NCBI GenBank assembly: GCA_040954595.2
Contig: CM082587.2
Location: forward strand, 9,243,403-9,307,402
Reading direction: 5' to 3'
From: Balanoglossus misakiensis
Taxonomy: Eukaryota; Animalia; Hemichordata
DNA: 64,000 nucleotides
The position numbers and the translations under genes are program-made. Shown piece by piece: positions 36,001 to 48,807 of the stretch. Every line of letters begins with the position of its first letter. Position 1 is the stretch's first letter. The notes beneath the pieces are model-generated. The model saw nothing but the letters and a program-made list of their open reading frames with translations, was not told the DNA's origin and did no database searches.

Positions 36001-39000
36001 TTTGTGTATTTTTTCGTTTGTTTGTTCAAAAACACACTGCGCTGTGCATCAGTGTATTTTACTAACTTAGAACAAACAATCTTACAAACAGTACTGGCTT
36101 AAACGATGAGTTTACAAAACTACCTGCATCTCTTGGCATTTCTCATCTCAGATAGCAATGTACATGTATGTGCTAAATACAGTTTAGGTGCTACTTGGAC
36201 AAACCATATGGTAGTGAAAGTGTTAATGTTTCATAACAATAATGATGGTGATCCTAACTGTTCATTAACACAGGTATCTGAATCAGAAAGATAAGGCACC
36301 ATCGTATCACAGTGCTCTGGGTGACTTATTCATGGGTGTATGGGCAGACAAGAAGAAGCCGTTTCCTGGCAACGAATCTGGTTGTTTGCGATATGTTGAT
36401 GCTCAAGCTTTGTCACATACCACTGTCACACCAACAGGTATGTTATGTTCTCTATGCAGTCAGATCATTGTCTGTCTTCTGCACTCACTTGCATTACAAT
36501 TCTCCCTACCTTAAATAGGTTTTAAGCTACCTAAGTGAGTGATGAAAATCTCACTGAATTAATTAAAATGTTCCCTGTATCTAAACTTTCAGAAATTATA
36601 GAGTTTTAGAGGATTCAGAGCTCGAGTGAATTTCTTAGGTCATATCCCTTAAAGGGACAAAGTCTCTCTCTCACAGCCCCTTTTCCATTAATTATATTTG
36701 ATACAAGACACTTTTTATGTTATTCTACATGTGGATATGTAGTGAATCAACGTTCAGCCACACACACCTTCCATCCCACTTGTAGACACGAGAGTGAAAA
36801 ACTCGACAAAATGAATAATCGATGTTTACCGTTTATTCATTTTGGCGAGATTTTTACTCTCATATCCTACTAACGCTCACTTTGTCAATTTTTGACCTCT
36901 TACATACGGTACCTCCCCTTAACTGAGTTCCCCTTCGCCATCATCAAGTTAATGAATTGTTCTCTGTTATGTTTTGTACCAGGCAAACTGAAGACATTGT
37001 TCAATCTTCGAACTGTGAATGAATTACCATACCATCTTATCAACTCCAATCAGTTTGAGAAACTGAAAATGAAGGTCTTACTGAACTTTGACTGGTTGCT
37101 AGCCAAGATCCGAGCAACTTCACTACGAGCTGTCTTAGATGACTTCCACAGCGCCATGTTGATAGAACCCGGGGATAAGGAACTCAAGTTGCTTGCTGAT
37201 TGCCTACAGTTGTCCGAAACGGCTTTGTTCAGAAACCCCTTGGAGTTAGCCACACAGGTTGTTGGACGGCTGGGTGACATCATCAAGAAAGATAAACCCA
37301 TCTCCATTGGTGACCCGAAAAAGTATCCAAATATGGGTCGCTTTCTACGACAAGCTAAGCAAGCAGCCATTGCTGGTTTTATACCATCTGTCAGCTGTTT
37401 AACTCCACCTGGTGATGTCCTCTATGATTTACTGGCTGGACACACAGATGTCATCACTGCTGTCACTGCATCTTCAGATGGTAATATCGCCATGACAGCA
37501 TCCAAAGATAAAACTATGAAGATGTGGGATTTACGAAGTGGTCGTGTGACCAAAACTATTGAAGGTGCTGGAGATCAAGTAAGTTTCTCCAATCTCTTGA
37601 GTGATAATCATTTTTTACCATAAACATACAACATGTGTGCCCGCCCAGGACTAGGTAAGAAATATTTAAATTAGCAAAGCGCAGAATTAATATCATCTAG
37701 TAGCAAAATCTCGATTATTTAGCTGCGCAACGGGTTAGCAAAGTAAAAATTGTGGGGTAGCTATCGATCCAGCTGCAATTTTCAGGATTTTCCCAAAATT
37801 CCGTGGGATTTCAAAATGATGATCAGGAGTACAAACACTCGCTTACTGTGAGTTTTATCTGATATTTACGTGTGTGAAAGCAAAATTTTGGAATAAAAGG
37901 TAGCACGTTCCAGGACCAATGCATTTGAAAATAGTTGTGCCAAACGATATTAATACTTTTGAAGATACTTGCAGTAAAATACAGAAATTGAAATCAAGAT
38001 AATTATTGTTAAAGACCCTTCAGACAGAACTCCCCTTGTAAATAAACTTGATCTATTTCAGATCCATGCCATCCGATTGTGTCTCAACAATACATATGCG
38101 GTGACTGCCGAGACTGGCTGTATTCGTTTCTGGAACACCCAGAGTAGTCAGTGCTTACATGAAGTCAATGACCTCATTGATCCAGCCTCCATCACAGCAG
38201 CAGGAAACAACTCCCAACTTGCAGTGGCATTCTACTATGGTGTCAATGTTATGAGGTCATGGGATCTGGAACACGACGTGCAGTTACTGCAGGACGTCAA
38301 AATTCAAGAAGATCAAGGTGGCATCCACAAAGATCGCTCTCTGTGTATTTCCTTCAATTCAACTGGTGATGTTGTTCTCTATGCTTTTCGGAGTGACAAC
38401 ATGGCTTATTCAAGAAATGCTAGATCAGGGAAACTGGTAAGAATTTGTTTAACACTTTTAATGAAGCTATAGGGGCAACATCAAAAGTTCAATATAATCA
38501 ATCTAACTTAATTGCTTAAGTTAGGCCTCAGACCCACCCCCTTAGTCCCATAGAAAGGTATACGGGTATGTGCCACCCGGATGGGTAAATTTTTCACGGA
38601 AAAATCCCTAAACATGGGTCTAATTTTCAATTGAAAAATCCGTAGAAATGGATCAAGAACATCAGGAATGTCACAATTCTGGAAGAAAAACTTTCATATT
38701 CAACAGAAAAAATGGTAAATTGACCTTATATAATGTGGCAGGCAATCCCTAACAATAATAGGTCAGAGTTTTTGGCATTGGCACAGTTCGATGTTTTCAA
38801 TTTGGGTAAAGAACCCCCCCCCCCCCCCCCCCCCTCCGAGGGGAGGGGTGAAAGTGTCATTGTGTTCATAAAACTAAGAGGAAACTCCCCTTTATAAAGC
38901 GGATTAATATGGTAAGACTATCATGGAAATGTGAAGAAAATGTACTCTTGTTTGTTGCAATTGGATATTGCATATTAATTTATATGATATCCATGAATAT

Positions 39001-42000
39001 AGCCAGTACATTGATGTGTAAAATAGGTTGAAAAATGTTATCCAGAGAATGCATATTTTCTGAAAGAATGGTCCCAGAATGGCAATAGAACCAGTGAGTG
39101 ATTCACAATCTAAAATTTCAAATGCATTGTATTTTTCAGGTGCACTCTTTGAAGACCTCACAAGAATCAGCTTCAATCACTGCAGTGGCAATATCACGGG
39201 AGTACTATGTTGTCAGTTGTCGATATCAGTACATGAAAACATCTGAAATATATCACCTTGAATTGTTTGATACCAAGAAGGGATCCTTTTTACGTTTTGT
39301 CAAAGGTATGTACCACCAGCCAGAACCCACAATTACGCATTCCCACTTGATCTACCTGTACTTGGAGCAGTTCACAATTAAAAACATTGTTATTCTAATA
39401 CATGTACATTGTGTATTTTCATTTGCCTCTGGAGATGTTTCACCAAGTTTGATTAAAAAACCCCAATAAATCTAAATTGTGAAGCAAAAATACTATGTGA
39501 TCTCCTTTGATTTTGGCATGCAAAACTACAGTCAAACCTGTTGTAGTGGCCACCTCTATATAGTAGCCACTTTGTTGAAGTCCCTGTGCAATTTACATGT
39601 ACATTAATTGACCTGTCTATAAAGTATAAAGGCCAGTATAGGAAAGTCCCTTGACTGGCCACTATAGACAGGTTTGACTGTATAATGGAAACATGCTGAA
39701 TCCGAATTTCATTTTAAAATATCTGGTAATTTTGTGTTGACAATAATACCCTTGGTCTTGACTAAACAATATGAAGAGTTAATTGCAGATACACATATGT
39801 TGTCACTCACAATGTTCTAAATACACAACATTCATGTAGTGCAATATTTGATAGCCATATTTCATGTTTCCTCATAAACAGGTTGCACCACTGACAAAGT
39901 GGTTGATTTAATGATCAACAAAGTTGGTTCCCATGCCCTGTGTTTGTGTGCGTCAGCCGATACGAATACAACAGAAATAGCTGTGTGGAACATTGAGACA
40001 GAAGAACATAAACATCTTGCAAGACATGCTAAGGTAGTGTAATTGCTTCAAACAATATCATGGGAATTAAAGGTATACGGTCACCTCCAATTTGCATACG
40101 CCCATATATGGCTGAAATGGCGTATTTGAGTGTTATAAAGAACATATGGTGGCACTCTTTTTTTCGCATGTGCCACCCACTGAAAATCTGTGATTGGCTA
40201 GATCTCAATTAGCCATGGTAACTTTAGCTAAATTTGCATAGGTGAGCGTGTACCTTTAATGTACTGAATTACACGAAAGAGCTCAGCTGTCTCAGCTTTG
40301 ACATAAAATTTAACAGCTAAGAGAGAATCCAGCTGTGTCTTTATTATGAGACAATTAAGATCGCCCTGAAGATGAGGACATATGGGTCCACATTGATATT
40401 TGAAAAGACAATGTTCAACTTTGTAAGGAGTGAATAGTTTAATAGCTTTTTGGCACTAAATAAATGGCCCTTTTCAGAGTCAATTAAAGCCATCCTGAAA
40501 AGAGTTCATTCAATTCCTCAAATAAATATAAGTTCTCAAGAAAATGATTGTTTTGCTCTTTTTCTTTTTTTCCATTACAGCATAATTGGCCAAAAAAATT
40601 AAATTTTCTCATGGAAAAGATTGTATTGGTGTCTTTTCCCCCAGAAACCACTCAGAGAAATTCATTTAAAGTGCTTGCCATTACTCAGATATTTGCCTGT
40701 GCATTATTTTGAATTCTATACTTTACACTTTTAAAACTGACCAACAATTTTCTATAAGGAGCAATAAAACATGTACATGGACTTGCATAAAGTTAGCCTA
40801 GTACCTCGCCGTATTTTGTCCACTTTGCTTCCAAAACTAACAAGCAAAGCAGACAAAATATGACGAGGTACTAGGCTAGCATAAAGTGTATGTCTTTAAA
40901 TTATGAAAGAGAAAAGTCTCTCTCAAGATTACTATTGCTGCCAGTGGGTTTATGAATTGCACAGTCTTGTAAATTGGGTTATTGCTATACAACATGCAAA
41001 AAATGTTCATAATTTCTATCAAAACCAACTTCATGTCATTAAAGCTTTTTTTAAAGGTTTTTTGTACATTTGATACACAGGTGTCATCTATGGGAATTTG
41101 TATGGACCTCAGTTACTGTCTGACAGCTTCCAAAGATGACAGAGCCTTGAGGATCTGGAACTTAAGTCGTCAAGTGAACAACAGAGAAGGTGGTGAGAAA
41201 CCCAAACAGAGAGAAGGCATTGCCGAATTACTCCCAATGAAAGATAATCCCAGATATGTCATTGCCAGAAACAGTATCGGTGGTCCACTCTGCGTTTGGA
41301 ATGTTGTCAAAAGCAAGTGTGCAATGGCTCCGATCCGAGTGGAACGTAGCTTGGTTGGAGAGCATGACATAGTTCTTGTCAGAAATGAGATAGTTGTCAT
41401 CCTGACAGATCGTGGCATGTCCAGCGTCAGTGAAGAACCCAAACCAGTATTCCAGACAATATACATATATGACTTGAAGACCAAGAAATATGAGAGAAAG
41501 TTATCTGGAGTGTTCATTGTACCCTCACCGGCGCATGAGTATCGCTTGTTGGATGGAAATCTCCTGATGGGTCTGTCAGATAACAGAGATCATCTGATTT
41601 GCTGGAGTCTAGTCACCGGGCATGTTGTTCAGCGAATCAAGACAAAGTTCAAAGAGATTGAAAGACTTCAGAGAACAATGAGAAACGAAGCAAACCACAA
41701 CGGCAATCTGAGCGAAGAAAGAGCCAAGGGATTACGCAGAGAAACCACCGCCATGATGACACCGTGGGAGCGAAGGTCAGAAACTCAGACCGCACGTCTG
41801 CGGCGGAAAGAAAGTGAAGCGGATGATGAGAAGAAACGACTGGAAGAGTTGAAGAAGGAGAAAGAGAATGCAATCGAGCAGTATATTCTGAGTAAAGATG
41901 AGAAAGTTCTTGTCGCCTCTTACTTTGCACATCACATTTGTGTCTTTGATGTGAGTACACAGAAACACACTGCAACGCTCGAGATGGAGAGCTCCATGTT

Positions 42001-42598
42001 GTATCTTCACAATGCGGCTATGACTCCCACTGGTTGCAGTTTAGTTCATGCCAATTATGACGACTGGGATAAAGTCAGTTATGTCACACTTTGGGATCTG
42101 AAAACAGGGCAAGTGAGAAAGCGCATCAAGAATGAGCCGAATATCAGCTGTATTGCCATAGCAGACGATGCAAGTCGTGTAGTGTTTGGCAATGAGAAGA
42201 ATACAGTCAAGGTGTGGGATCCCATGCAGAAAAACTCCTTTCGTAAGATTAAAGGCTACGAAGGGTTGAAGCTTGGCGTCAATAGTCAGATGTTCTTAGT
42301 TGAAAAGGGCAGTCGAGCTGTTGTGTTCAGTGGTGACATCTCACTTTGGGATCTTGAAAGGAATGCAGTACTTGCTGTTTACACACCCGATACAAGAGTG
42401 CAGTGTATGGAAGTATTGTTAGATGGCCATCTCATTTTGTTTGGTCTGAGAGACTCAACAAATGTTGTTACTCTCAAGTACATGGGCAGAGATGTTCAAG
42501 AGAAAGAGGAAAAGATCGCAGCACCAGAGTTGTTTGCGGAAACAACTGGTGATACAGATGATGAGGATTCGGAGGAGGAGGAAGAAGCTGACAAATAG
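21027..42598 (+). CDS. NACHT domain- and WD repeat-containing protein (NWD1/NWD2-like STAND NTPase); 22-exon model, about 2193 aa
   Basis: Exons: 21027-21194, 22545-22691, 23189-23266, 26712-26831, 27082-27871, 28560-28762, 28905-29143, 29788-29988, 30294-30451, 30798-31018, 31200-31426, 31874-32032, 32732-32861, 33512-33724, 34510-34768, 35445-35742, 36274-36437, 36983-37578, 38062-38436, 39140-39305, 39882-40033, 41081-42598. All GT-AG, open frame, 6582 nt. Motifs: [26 protein letters not shown] (DUF4062/TIR-like), WYKLDEN, Walker [10 protein letters not shown], Walker [16 protein letters not shown], and WD40 repeats (GHTDVITAV...[12 protein letters not shown]). The first three exons are less certain than the rest. 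Confidence 0.9.
25393..25458. mobile_element. 66-bp TAG...CTA element with 16-bp terminal inverted repeat and perfect 9-bp TSD
   Basis: CGCGGGCTC|TAGCTGTGGTACGCAG...CTGCGTACCACAGCTA|CGCGGGCTC. A related end occurs at 49533. Confidence 0.88.
25462..25833. mobile_element. Imperfect foldback element of about 370 bp
   Basis: GGGCTCTTCCTCCATGTTTGTAGTGTCTATGTTTG... is mirrored by ...CAAACATACACACTACAAATTACAAATATGGAGGTAGAGCCC; inner TAGGG / CCCTAA arms surround a central (TA)n. Confidence 0.7.
27986..28148 (-). mobile_element. tRNA-derived SINE (5' head and start of central domain)
   Basis: Minus strand: A box TGGCCTAGTGG (28129-28139) and B box GGTTCGATACC (28085-28095), followed by TGTGCCCTTGAGCAAGGCATTTTAC, typical of SINE central domains. 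Confidence 0.75.
30042..30187. mobile_element. Truncated copy of the AGGGAC palindromic MITE family
   Basis: TTAA|AGGGACAAAGTCTCTCTCTCGCTG...CCACACACAACTTCC; one arm only. Confidence 0.8.
33748..34055. mobile_element. Palindromic TTAA/AGGGAC MITE (Kolobok/T2-MITE type); most complete copy of a family with 5 copies in the window
   Basis: TTAA|AGGGACAAAG...CTTTGTCCCT|TTCA, with long inverted arms and a central hairpin (CTCGCCAAAATGAATAA...TTATTCATATTGGCGAG). Confidence 0.85.
34874..35014. repeat. Imperfect palindromic repeat (foldback/MITE core)
   Basis: AACACCTATTGCCTGGCC...CAGCAGCCGTTT...ACCCCC is mirrored by GGGGGT...AAATGGCTGCT...GGCCAGGCTATAGGTGTT. A similar structure lies at 29269-29402. 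Confidence 0.55.
36653..36870. mobile_element. Truncated copy of the AGGGAC palindromic MITE family (opposite orientation to 33748)
   Basis: TTAA|AGGGACAAAGTCTCTC arm plus central hairpin; the internal asymmetric segment is the reverse complement of that in 33748-34055. Confidence 0.8.
37720..37970. repeat. Interspersed repeat; reverse-complement copy of 6550-6830
   Basis: CGTGGGATTTCAAAATG, GGAGTACAAACACTCGCTTAC, GGACCAATGCATT. Confidence 0.7.
39529..39680. mobile_element. Tc1/mariner (pogo/Tigger-like) MITE
   Basis: TA|CAGTCAAACCTGT...ACAGGTTTGACTG|TA: perfect 13-bp terminal inverted repeat with TA duplication. Confidence 0.85.
40071..40255. mobile_element. TTAA/AGG-terminated MITE (Kolobok/T2 type)
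   Basis: TTAA on both sides; terminal inverted repeats AGGTATACGGTCACCT vs AGGTGAGCGTGTACCT (14/16 match). Confidence 0.8.
40794..40878. mobile_element. 85-bp TAG...CTA hairpin element with perfect 9-bp TSD (same family as 13832-13913)
   Basis: GCATAAAGT|TAGCCTAGTACCTCGCCGTATTTTG...CAAAATATGACGAGGTACTAGGCTA|GCATAAAGT. Confidence 0.9.
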
Positions 42599-43583
42599 AC
42601 AAATACTGAGAATTTGTCAAGATAAAAAAATAACACTATATGTCTTGAGTTGACTAGACAGAACTGACTACATAATAAGATGACCAAATCCAGTGGTCTC
42701 ATATCAAGGACAAATAAGATATTTTTTGTGTGTGCATACGACAGGACAACTTCTGATCTACTGTTCCAGTAGACCAATGAGTGCTTAGTGCAAATATTTG
42801 AAGGCAAGCCACTATAGGTTACATGACTAATGGGTTAAGCTGCATAAACTAATACAAAGTAGGACCAAATACATGTTTTGGTTGGTTCATCCCTGAAGAT
42901 CACGAAACAAAAACAGTCTTAATTCAGTCTGACAATATGGCCATGTAAATATTGTGTCAACTTTCATTTCAGTCTGTTCATAATACTGTGCACTTTATTC
43001 ATGTGTGCTTCACAGAAACTGCATGTTTCTGCAATATTCAAGATCTTTATCAAAGATATTTTGATGTATGTCGCCAAACTGAACATCTTTTACAGAAAAT
43101 AATATGCAGAAAATTTCTGATTTTCTGAATGAGAAAATGTAAGATTTAACCTGAAAATGTTTATCTGTGCATGAGAGCACCCTCAAATCTGCATGGGTTT
43201 TCCATATCAAAAATTTGCACATTTGAGTGCCTTACTTTGTGAGATTCCAAATGCCTATACATTGCCAACTTTTTATAGCACTCATCATTGGTGTTTAATT
43301 AAGACTACATTTACACATATTTGACATGTATCTTAGTTGTGTGTTGTGTTGTGTCGTATATCATATTTTGTGGAATATATTAATCTGTGTTTTGCGTTTG
43401 TTTTTTCCCTGCATTTGCTTCCAAAGTTGTTCATTTTAAATTTTCTACTTTTGTGCATCCCATTTTTGCCACTACACTTCTATGCTGAGGTGAAGAAAAG
43501 TATACCTCAGCATTTATAATACTCAAGAAAATTGGTTCACTTGCCAGACCATTGTTTTTCTTCTTCTTGCAGTTTTGCTCTTT

Positions 43584-43635
43584 CACACACACACACGCAA
43601 GCACACACAAACACATGCACACCCTCATACACACT

Positions 43636-43667
<32 letters not shown>

Positions 43668-43675
43668 TGCACACA
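43584..43675. repeat. Imperfect (CA)n microsatellite
   Basis: Direct reading. Confidence 0.9.
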
Positions 43676-45845
43676 AAACTGGTTGCTGTGGCCCATGAAG
43701 CCCAAGATTCCACGTCTGGACAACATGAGGTGAAAAAACTGTTCACTCTTGTAAGTCCTACAAGGTGGGAAAAGGGCGGTTTTCAAATAACATTTTATAT
43801 GAAACATCACTTGCTAGAGCAAAATGAATTGTCTTGGAGTAAAGAAAATCTGAGTCACTGTTCTGAATATGAAGCACATTTACAATGTACATTGTATGTC
43901 ATCCATTTTTAAGAAACTCATAGATTCTTAGGTGACTTATACTTGAGCATATATTACTTTAAATGCTGAATACTAGTGTTAGGAATTTTAGCATTGATGT
44001 GTATAATATAACTGTTTAAATAACATTGCTTTTAGCAGTTTTTCTAATTGATGGTCCCATCATAAGTCCTGTACACCTTGAAGACAAAATGGTCTGGCAA
44101 GTAAAATAGTCAACTATGGCAATATTATTGGGGCAATTTTTGTTGTTAATGCTATTTTTTTTATATTTATGAATGATATCATGGTCTAAGGTAAACAGTT
44201 CTATGATAGAAACTGTCTGATCAAAAGTAGCCTCTGTACTTATTTCACAGTAACCAGCAAAATGTTTAGCCACCATATGAATAGTGCATTATTACTGTTA
44301 AAATCAAAATAAATCAAGAATTTTGGTAGTCTAGGATGTAAATGGGAGGATTCAGATTCCCCTGCACACCTTATCCAACATCACACATTGAATGAATTCT
44401 CAACATAGAGGAGCAAGACTTGTAAGGAAACATGTTTGAAGTTATTTACTGGAGAATGCTTATAGATGTAGATTGCTGAATACTATACATAGGGCTGATT
44501 AACAGCAATAACAAATGTGATACATGTACTTCATTCCTGTATACCAGATAGATTTTTTCACTCTTACTTTTTCATCTTAATGTTTGAATGTCATATGTTT
44601 ATATTGAAATGAGCAAAGTGAATAAAATGTAATGAGCATTTACACAGAACTGAGTGAATCTGTATCATGACTGTTTGTACAATGCAGTAAGTAGTCTTTA
44701 CTAACCAAAAATAGCTTCCATAACACTTCTTCCATTTGAGTAGATATATTGCATCCATGTATGTAGGATAGATAGTCATTGCTGCAGCAAATTTCTGTGC
44801 CTTTGTTTGACTTTGGGCCAGGGTTGAAGCCAATGAGGTCCCAGGCGCAAGACCTTGTTTCCCATAGATGACAATGCTTAGTGTTGAGCTAAATATTCCT
44901 AACATTCAGCGAGTCGAATCCCATTAACTGCAGTCAGAACAAGGTCTGTTTGTGCACAGGCTAAATTGTCGTTCGGGCAAGTCCGTTGTTTTTTTGTCAG
45001 GTCAAAATAGCGCCCCCAGTGGTAATTTTCACAAAATGCATGCCAAAATTTACAGTAGCTGCATGAATCTTGCACTACTCTGATGAGACAACATAATTAC
45101 ACAAACATTCTCTCACACAATTGGGAATTTTTGAATGCATTTCAAAATGGTCTCTCCAAAAACACTACATATCAGTGGCAAATCCTATTGAGCATCAATT
45201 CAGGTCTCAAAATTGACGGCAATACTGCACTACTTTTTTTAACAGACTAACTTTGTGGCTTATGAACCAGGAAGTGAATTACAAGGTCTTGTGCCACTAC
45301 CCGAGCCATGACAATAAAGTGCTTTTTAATTGCAGGAAAAAAATCCTCTAGCTGGGTACCAAGGATAGCTGTTCTATACAAGCCAGCCAACCCATCGGAG
45401 ATGACTATAATCACTCCAAAACACATGGTACAAAATTCGGCAGCACATATCCATACAACTCGCACAAGATCATCACACACTCAAGCCAGATATATGAAAC
45501 CAATTTAACCTAAATCTGTAAGGACTAAGAAAGATTGCACAGCAAGTTTAAAAATAAATAGCAATGTTTAATCGTTGCTTTGTCAATTCACTAAATAATG
45601 ATGGCAGGAAAATCCCACTACAAAATGGTGCAGTGGGAAGAACAAATGGCCAGGTGAAAGCGTTGTCATATCTTAATAACTTTTCAACCTTTAATACAGA
45701 AAGTACTTTCCAATTTTCTAAGCTTTTAACATGATAAAAATCACAAACATGGAGAGGCAATGGGAAGCATACATACATGTATATGCAGTGACACAAAATA
45801 AAAACACAAAAAAATGTAAAATACAGAGACATAAATAATTCAAAA

Positions 45846-48807
45846 TCACTTGATATTAGATTCAATTTTACCAACAGCTAAATCAATCATCTTTGGGTAT
45901 TTCAGTTTTTTGCCATCCAACTGATCTTGTGACCAAAGGAGAAGTTTTAAAAGCTTGGCAAGCTTGGGTGTTGATTCTCTGCTTTCCATTTCTAAGATAG
46001 CTGCATTCAATTCACTTGCAACCTATGAGGTACAACACAAAAATGTTTCATTATATGAAAATGATCTCATCATACATATGTAGCTTTGTTTGTCTGATTT
46101 TTGTTGTATGCATATTAACCCAATCATGCAAAATTTGGCTGGAAGGTGGGAATTTCATATTAGGATCAATCAATGAGTGGTACAGCTTCTTGGGGTCATC
46201 ATGGTTGTGCTTCAATTCACCACTGTTATGTAAGTTTGTATTCATAACCCAAAGCAATTTAAGGATGTGCGATCAGTAAAATTGAAATTATTGTCATTTC
46301 TAAGTCAGCACATTTCTTCCACCCCCCCCCCCCCCCATGTTATATTTTGTTGTATACTATGAGTAACAATGTGTAAAGCTGCTACTGTAAACATTGCAAA
46401 CTAATGCAAGACTGAAAGAAAGAACCTTACCTTTTGTCTTTGTGATGGATGTAATAATTCAGAAAATGGTGAACCCTCGGGATTTTCAAAAGCCAACAAT
46501 GCTAAAGATCTCTCTAACTCTGGCAGGACATCGGAATTTTCTTCTCCTCTTTCTGCCAAATGAGTCTGTGCATATTCCAACGCTTGTTCCACCTTCTTAT
46601 TCCGTATTAACTCTATTAAATGTTGTTGCTGAAAAGAGAAAAAAGAGTAGGTTAAAGTATTTGAATCATGGGGAAAAGCACCTATTTTTACTCTTCCAGC
46701 AGAGACCATTTTATGAAGATTATGGCATTGCATAACAATTGTTTCTATGTTAAAAATAGTAATAAGTGAGTAATCACACAGACAAACATGCACTGAGCAT
46801 CACAGATCTATGGTCAAGCTATCTTAAAGCCCCAGTATTTCTCGTGTGTATCCATTTTTCATCATCGAAAAATGCCCGTTTTTCCCGTACATTCATCATG
46901 GAATACTATATAATGAAGATAGAAGAAAGGTTTGGGCAACTGTAGCTACGTGCAAGCTGTAAATATTGCCCGTAACACTTGAAATGATGCGCGGGTTTGT
47001 TTACAAAGGAAATGTTGTACATGTCGATCAGCAAACATGCCACTTTGACATTTGATGGTCAGACCATTTTCGGATTTGATTTGGTTCCATCGACTGATTT
47101 CTCCCATTAAGTTATCTTCCCAAAATTTCGCCGAATTAGTGCGCATTTCTTCGCTGAGTCGCTTGATTTGGGGCGACCAAACCTCTTCCGCATAGATTCA
47201 CATTTGAGTGCGCATGCGCACAAGTCACGTGTGTCAACAGAGCCTGACTTTCTGTCCGGACAGAAAGTCATTCTTCACTCGTTATATTGTAAATTGTATG
47301 AGTTTATGAGCAGAGCTGGGGATGATGACTGTTCGATTCAGTATCAATTATCATCTATTTTTAGAAATTATAGATGCCGTTTCAAACAAAATTTTGCCCC
47401 TACGAGAAATACTGAGGCTTTAATGCAACCTATGCAAACTGTTTTGTCTGTTTTCATACAAAACTGCACAAGTTAAACATGGTAAAATGTTTTTTTTTCT
47501 GAATAACCAAACCAAACGCTAGCACATATGTAAAAATCAGCTGGACTGAACTCTCCCTTGAGTTGAATTTTGAAATCCCACCTGTAAATGAAAGAAGAGG
47601 TATCTATCATTATCTAGTAATTCTGGATGAAGGTCATTCACTAGGGCTATTGCATCTTCGATTCTGCCATTTTGAATTGCGTCACGAATTTGAATTCTTT
47701 CATCTAATGAGTCCAAGTTGACATTGGGTTGGATTCCAGATTCCACTTTAAACTTCTCAGCTGCTTCTTTGAATCCTTCTGAGAAAACAGATACATGTAA
47801 AACATATAATTAGTATTATTAGTTCACATGCATGTCGTCCAATATTATTTATTGTATTAAAGGGACAAAGTCTCTCTCTTACTGCCCTTATTTCATTAAT
47901 TATGTTTGATACAAGACACTGTTTATGTTATTCTATATGTTTATGTTATTCTATAACGTTGACCTACTATATATCCACATATAGAATAACATAAATTGTG
48001 TCTTGTATCAAACGTAATTAATGGAAAAAAGGCAGCGAGAGAGAGACTTTGTCCCTCTACATGTAAAACTGTAAAAGCTGCAACAAGCTGTATATTGGCA
48101 AAATGATCGCTTTTTGACTGACAATAAACTCGCCTACCCTGTGGTTGAACATTTCTGTAGGCCACCCCACCTTGGGTGATCCGACATGACTCCCCCAAGG
48201 ACTCCACTAGCCATAAACTGGAAAAAGCCACTATTTTCAAACTTGGGGCTTTAATAATCAAATTTACAATGTCAACATTTTCATAGTACAATGTACATTT
48301 ATCTTTGCAACAACATAATAAGGACACCTTTAGGACTAGATAAAAACCAAACAACAAAACCATTGGACAAGACAAACTTGTGGTTTCTGAGCCCCCCCCC
48401 CCCCCCCCCCCCCCCCAATACAATTTAGACATTTTCACCCAAAGACTCCGCTATTTAAATTACAAAGCAATTGGATGAGCAGTGTCTGAGAAATAGTTTT
48501 TTTTGTGTGTGTGTGACCAAAATGGGAAAGATTGCCTCAAACCACAATATTGACACTAATTTTGGCATATTATACAGAAGGCACCCCTCTAGGACCCCAA
48601 AAATATTGAAGCGATCGCAGTGGCAGTTACTGGGAATCGTACAGCCATGTTGAAATACAGCAATTTAGATTTTGTAAATTGCAACTTACCTGTTACTAAG
48701 TAATCCATAATCAGTTTGTTCATGTCTGCTCTTGTAATATGTAATGTTTGCAATTTTTCAATCCATACATCAGCATCCACTTCTTCCTTCTTCTCCTGGA
48801 AACTCAT
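45846..48807 (-). CDS. GID8: Glucose-induced degradation protein 8 homolog (TWA1; LisH-CTLH-CRA subunit of the CTLH E3 ligase); 229 aa
   Basis: Exons 48690-48807, 47582-47778, 46431-46628, 45846-46022 (690 nt, GT-AG). Protein ...[26 protein letters not shown] (LisH)...[32 protein letters not shown] (CTLH)...[11 protein letters not shown]...[15 protein letters not shown] likely 5'UTR intron runs from a donor at 50135 to an acceptor at 48849-48851. Confidence 0.97.
46828..47419. mobile_element. Non-autonomous TTAA-specific (Kolobok-type) element in a GID8 intron
   Basis: TTAA at 46824-46827 and 47420-47423; terminal inverted repeats AGCCCCAGTATTTCTCGT vs ACGAGAAATACTGAGGCT (17/18 match). Confidence 0.85.
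47861..48056. mobile_element. Internally deleted copy of the AGGGAC palindromic MITE family (GID8 intron)
   Basis: TTAA|AGGGACAAAGTCTCTCTC...GAGAGAGACTTTGTCCCT; the two arms are joined without the central hairpin. Confidence 0.82.

Noticed and set aside
43431-43912. Several ORFs with HT/CV repeats
   Set aside because: Translations of a (CA)n microsatellite.
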